A stretch of DNA of 64,000 bases from the human T2T-CHM13v2.0 reference genome, Homo sapiens. The DNA lies in the NCBI RefSeq assembly GCF_009914755.1, contig NC_060942.1; one strand, given 5' to 3'. The position numbers were made by a program, and so were the translations under genes. Positions 58,486 to 64,000 of the stretch are shown piece by piece; the stretch's first letter is position 1; every line of letters begins with the position of its first letter. The notes under the pieces are model-generated. The model was not told the origin of the DNA and made no database searches. It saw only the letters and a program-made list of their open reading frames with translations.

Positions 58486-60364
58486 TAAAAGTAAGATTTA
58501 ATAGTGCGATAGTCCTGCTAGATCAATTTGTTCTGCATGGAAAGACAGCTAGAAGTCATATCAATTCATCTAAAGCCGAAGTGTTTATTTTAGAAAATTT
58601 CTCTTATACTGTATTTGCTAATAAACCAACAATTTACTAAGGCACATGTGGAGATAGGAGATACGCCCTCATGTTCCACCAAAGTTATCTTGCTGGGATT
58701 TGGAAGTATTTCTAAATTCTATGGGTAATTCTTTGGGTAATGTAGATGATCTGTGGTTGCTTCGTCAGCAATGTGTTATTACTAACAATAATATTTTCTA
58801 ACTTCTGCTTCATAAGTTTTGCAGATGAAAGTTAACAAAAGTCAGCATCTGTGCTGCAGAATCTCAGGATTGCAGGCAGATACTTATGGCTCCTCTGCGG
58901 GGTGGAGAGCCTTCTCTTCAAGCTTCTCTCTTGGTTGGGTTCCTCAGCTCTTAGGAAGCAATGTCACCGGTACTCCTGCATCAGTTACATCATCAAATGC
59001 GACATCAAATATCTGGATTCCATGTATTTGTCAGATAATTTACTTTGATGTCACGATTCCTTCTTTCTTCTATTCATTTCTTAATGTCCTTTCAGTTTTA
59101 GCTTTCAGTTATTTCCATTGCTAGAGAACTGCTTTTCTTCACTGACTTGTTTCGTTTTCTTCCTTTCGTAAATTGACTCCGCTCATTTAGCACACAGCTA
59201 TGACAATGACTTAAATTTAAGACTGTTTTAAGAAGTAACCTCATAAAAGTCACATGTTTATTGTGAAGGTAGTATTTAGGATGCTGTTCATGGAAATACA
59301 TCTTTCTTTTAAGACTCAGAAGAATTATTTCTCTCTGGTCTTTATTCCAGAGAAAGTTGTACTTGTCTCTAACACTTCGTTAGCCTTTGATACTAGCAAA
59401 TCATGTATATGATTGAGTTTTCCTCTTTATGTTTACTGCTGGGAAGCTCATGGCCAAAATTGTGATCCATCTCTAGTCAGCAGGATAGCCTTAAAGGCAT
59501 GCATTTTATTTACTACTGTTATTTCCAGTTTTATTTATTTTTTCCTTATGGGGAAGTCCCATTTTATGTCCGCAATATATTTTAAAAACCTCCCATAAAT
59601 CAAAGCTCATGTAATTCAAGGGCAGTTTTGCAATAGAAATTGTTTTTGAGTAAAACCAATATTTTTCTGGAAGTGCATATATCTTTAGCCATTTGGTTTT
59701 GGGGGCGTTGTATTGAGCATTGTGCATCCCTGCGATTAGGCATATTTTAATTGTGCTTGCTCTGTTGTAGGAAACTGCTGTGCACTTCTGTGTAGTGGTC
59801 CAGTGGTGCTTTTTACTTCTCAGACTTATTTATTTAAAAACACGCTTGCTTCTAAAGTTTGCTGAACAGACCCAGTTAACAAGTACTCCCAAGGAAAGGA
59901 AAGGGAAGGATTCCTTTCCTTTTATACCAGGAGTCCTTGCTCTCTAGCTGTATAAAAAATACTGTTTCTTTTAGTACATCTTGGTTATCTTGAAAAAAAA
60001 AAAAAAAACACCACCACAGTTTACTACTTTAGTAGAAATTATCATGCTAGAGGTAGTGAGTTTTTAAGTGTTAGTAGTATATGTCACAGAAAATAGATTT
60101 TGTTTCTTATTGCTTCTAAGATTCATTCCTCAATTTTAATCTAGGAAGTTTCTGTGTATCCTGAGTATTATTTTATTTATAAAATAAATATAAAATATCA
60201 ATAAAATAAATATTTTATTAATAAACTTGAATATTATATATTTTTTATTCTTTAGGAAATACTGATTATTATATAGTTATTTATAATATGTGACAAATAG
60301 ATCTATTATTCCTGCTTAAGGGGTTTTGTGCGGATGGGTGATAATAGGGCATCTTATTTCTTCA

Positions 60365-60800
60365 CCTATTTATTCTCTCAATAAACATTGACTACTATGT
60401 TCGAAGACTTAGGTGATCTATAGTGTTTGAAGATGACACAGCCTCTGTTCTCATGGACTTGAATCTTCGGGTTGATGTCACAGGTGAGGATAGAGAGGCA
60501 AGACATACATAAATGATAATTTTCGTAGGTATAAGATTGAGGATGCTATTCCAGGGAGTGTCTGGGAGAGGTACTACTTTAGGATGAGTGGTTAGGAAAG
60601 TCCCTCTCGAAGGGCCTTGTTGTGTTTGATAGGTGGTTAGAGCAGTTCCAGCAGAGAGCACATTCCAGGTTCCCTGAGAGGTGTGGGAGAGCTTGGTGTG
60701 TTTTGTTCCGGTGTGCCTTGAGCTCAGTGGCCTTGCACACACGGTTGGGGAGAGTGGTCTAAGGTAGAGAACTAAGATCCCAGAGTTGTGTGCGTTGTTT
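60365..60800 (-). mobile_element. L2 3' fragment
   Basis: tattctctcaataaacattgactactatgt...cctctgttctcatggactt...gtggttaggaaagtccctctc...cagttccagcagagagca. Confidence 0.6.
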
Positions 60801-62613
60801 CAGGAAATGGTCACCAGTGAGCGTATTTCATTGGCGGAAGGGCATGTAGTGGAGAGGAGAATATGGGCATATCAGGATGAACCTGGGAACTGGGTTGGAA
60901 TCCAGCTGAACAGGCTGTGGCTGCTGTGCCAGTCGTCTTTTCCTCTGTCTGTAAGAGAAAGCCAGCGAAGCTGAGAACTCCTTGGAACTGTAACTCTGAC
61001 AGCGTGCAGTGCAGAGCCCAGGGAAAGAGCCTGGGCTGGTGGATTCGCAGTGTTTCTGTGGCATTCGTCCTGGAACTCCACCTCCTTTTTCCTGGTTTAC
61101 TACCTGGTCTCTTCTCTTCCCCAGTCACTAATTTAGTTTCTTTCTGTTCAAGTTCATATTGCAGACCAGCCTGCAAATAACCTTTTTAATCCTGTTTTAT
61201 TTCGTTAAAATCTTTCCCTTATCTTTGTATCTGGTTTTTTTTTTTTTTTCCTCTGTACTTTTGTTCTACCTATTCTCCAATACACTCATATAATGTCCCA
61301 CCTCTCCTGGTTGCCAGTCTAAATCATGTCTTTATTTCAAGTCCCAGTCTGATGCCCTGGCCACTGTCTTCTGTGAGTCCTTTTCTTGTTTACTGTATCT
61401 CTAATTGGTCTTCTTTTTCATCACATTCCTATGGAACATTAGAGAATAAAAGGTAATATACATGTTAATATATGGTTAGATTAGAGCTACCTTTATCTTA
61501 TTCCTTCCATCTCCCCAGAAAGAAACCAAAAGACTGTAATAATACTACATGCATTATAACTATGTTATTCAGTACCAGTTCAATGAGTTATTAGACCAGA
61601 GATATATGGTTAGTACTCTTATAATCTTTACTAAAATGACAATTATTTCATTCTCTTGCCTCTTATATAGAAATAAGATAAAACCGAATTCTGTAGAGAT
61701 ATTGAACTATAACTTTTGTAGTATGAAGCTTCCAGTTGCCCTTGTGTGTATAATACATTGTTGTCTGCTGTGACAAATTAATTTTTAAAGGATTTTCCTT
61801 TTCTACTACCATTTAGTCTGATAGTAGACTCAGATTTGGGGTATAAGAATATCTGCTGTTTTTAAGTTTTTAAGAATTTAGGTGTTTTTCTTCAGCTGGC
61901 ATCTAGAATATTTTTGGCCATTCTTTCTTTTATTTCACTTAAATTACTTTTAGAACACTGGGGCTTATACAGCTGGACTCTGACTAAAATATGCCTTAAG
62001 CTCTTATCTTTAACTCCCAGTCATTGCCAGAATTAAAGAGAACAAAGGCCTATATGTTCACTGTAGTCTTCAATTATGCCTAATTACCAGCTTGGATACA
62101 GTTTCATTATACAGTACTGACTTTTTGTGAGCAGTTCTTTATGATGTCTTGGTAGTTGCTTATAAAAGTCCGAATTAAAATTTTTTGTGAGGAATTTTCA
62201 GGAAAGAGAATCTATCTGAAGTAATTTTTGTCAAGTTGCATCAAAGCAATTTGATCATTTTTATGAGAAAGAAGATATTTTTATTTCATTATGCTACGGA
62301 GCTATGATAGGACACAGGAAGTGTTTACATAGGTTATTTCTACAACAGGGTTTCCCCCAATTCTTGGTCTTAGGGCCACTTGCATGATTGATCTATTGTG
62401 AGCTTAGAACAAAGAGAACCTCTGCTAACACTGTGGTGTTTTCTTACACTTAGTACTCATAGGAGAAAACAAGCAGATGATTGATAATCCCGTTTGAGAC
62501 ATCTTGATCTTGTGGTCATCCTCAGGTTCTACAAGATGTCTGACTGTCATTTCCGTTAGTCCTTTCAAGAACATTAAGGCACTCTTTGATACTTTTAAGA
62601 TATTGCTACCTCC

Positions 62614-62693
62614 TCAGGTTGAATCATATGAACTTGACATTTACTAAGCTAAAAACAGTCAAATATTGTTAATTTCATATGAGTCAAACTAAT
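62614..62693. mobile_element. MADE2-like 80-bp mariner MITE
   Basis: aggttgaatcatatgaacttgac...gttaatttcatatgagtcaaact. Imperfect terminal inverted repeats match the recalled MADE2 ends (aggttgaaccatatgaaattg). Confidence 0.75.
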
Positions 62694-63039
62694 TTTATAT
62701 AGAAATGCTTCTAGTATATGATGTCAATATAAAGATCTGCTTTTCAGGGAAATAACCCTTTCCATTGAGATTTAATTTAATCCAGTTTTTTATTGTTTTG
62801 TGAATAATGATTTCTTAGACATAGCATTGGGCAGTAAGCCTATCGTGGAAGAAGGCTGGTCAAGGTGAGATGAGAAGCAATCTCACCTTGGTGAAATGTA
62901 TCAGCTTTTGGTGAAGCTGACATGAATTTATCGATGCTGTCAGTGTTTTCACTCATTGCCATACAGAAAGCCATGGCTCCCTGTCTTCTAGGCCAGGGTC
63001 AGTGTGTACTTTATTTTCAAGGGTCAGATTTTTTCTCAC

Positions 63040-63255
63040 TTATTCTGTGATGCCTTCCCTAGATTCCATTCCAAATAGTCACATCTTACCACTTAGAATG
63101 CTGATTTAGCACCATTCTATTTTGCCTTCCTTTTAAAAAGGCGTTTATCCTGTCTCCAGACTAGATGGTTAATTTCTTGAGGGCTGGTCTCAGCTTCTCT
63201 TTCCTGTCTGCGCTTTGAAGAAGGGGATTCACACTCAGTAAGTACTGCTAGATTT
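63040..63255 (+). mobile_element. L2 3'-end fragment
   Basis: tctgtgatgccttccct...tgtctccagactagatggttaatttcttgagggc...cactcagtaagtactgc. Confidence 0.5.
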
Positions 63256-64000
63256 AGGATACTAAAATCTTCATTGAGAGTTTTCTTTTTCATGATGGAC
63301 TTTTACTCAGCTGGTCTAATTTATGACACACAGTCCCAGTAGTATTGCACGTCGCATAGTTTTATGGAACTTTATATGGCACTGCCACTTACCGAGTCAC
63401 CCTCAAGTTCATTGTACTTTGAATGAATGTCGCCTGTGACACTGTGGACAACATTTCCCCTCCTTGGTTGGCAGATTTTGGTGAAACTGATGTGGATTTA
63501 CAGTTCTAAAATACAAAAACAATCATACTGTTTATGTATGGAATTTTATCATTTTAAAGATACTAATTTTTTAAAAAAACATTCAAGAGCTTTTTAGTTG
63601 TGAAGGTCTAAATAATCTTTGCTTCGTTTTTTCATGCTAATCACACAGAGCAAAGGATTATGGGAAACAGCAGATTCAGCAGAACATGTAGATGAAAGTT
63701 TTTATTTAAATTAGACCCAAATTTTCTTTGAAGTTAATTAAAACAATAATTTCTCCTTTCATTGTCACTGTGCATTATAGTGTTTAGAATGCCTTTTCTC
63801 TTTTCTTATTTATGATTATGCAATATGGTTATGCCATATATTTTTGGCAACTAGATAGTGGCAGACTTATTTCTGGATAACAAGTCTTCTAAAATTTATG
63901 CCTTTGCCTTTTAAAAAATTATATTGTTATTATGATAATAAAATATCGAACATTAGGAGAAATTTTAATTAATGGCGTGACCCCAATGCTTATTTTTAAA

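Noticed and set aside
60165-60290. Extremely AT-rich quasi-palindromic stretch
   Set aside because: Low complexity makes self-complementarity expected, and it is too short and imperfect for a PATRR.
60786-61180. Five overlapping ORFs on both strands
   Set aside because: Locally higher GC among L2/MIR-like remnants lowers stop-codon frequency. There is no recognisable domain or splice-consistent exon.

Overview
This is primate, most likely human, AT-rich genomic DNA lying inside the + strand gene ZNF407. The only supported protein-coding sequence is one 75-nt internal exon at 52807-52881 (G|VAFVMKKHLNTHLLGKHGVGTPKE|R). It encodes the second half of a C2H2 zinc finger and matches my recollection of human ZNF407. 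The rest is intron. It holds 13 Alu copies (9 antisense) and a 5'-truncated L1PA with a complete but broken ORF2, nested in a ~10 kb old L1M. It also holds further L1M, L2 and MIR remnants, MaLR/ERVL LTRs, Tigger3b, MER2, Tigger2a and MADE2 DNA transposons, and micro/minisatellites. The supplied ORFs are repeat-derived or chance. I see no evidence of a novel multi-gene system. The most interesting unexplained structures are: (1) a templated-insertion scar with a 59-bp inverted repeat at 16.1-16.4 kb; (2) an 86-bp x4 minisatellite with dimeric higher-order structure that multiplies a PU.1-type ETS motif; (3) a candidate 92-nt poison exon or recursive splice site at 31985-32076; (4) repeat-free, motif-dense candidate enhancers at ~20.4 kb and ~51.9 kb; (5) an 11/22-bp GCATG-rich repeat downstream of the exon. 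Repeat subfamily names were assigned by eye from remembered consensus sequences and need RepeatMasker/Dfam confirmation.
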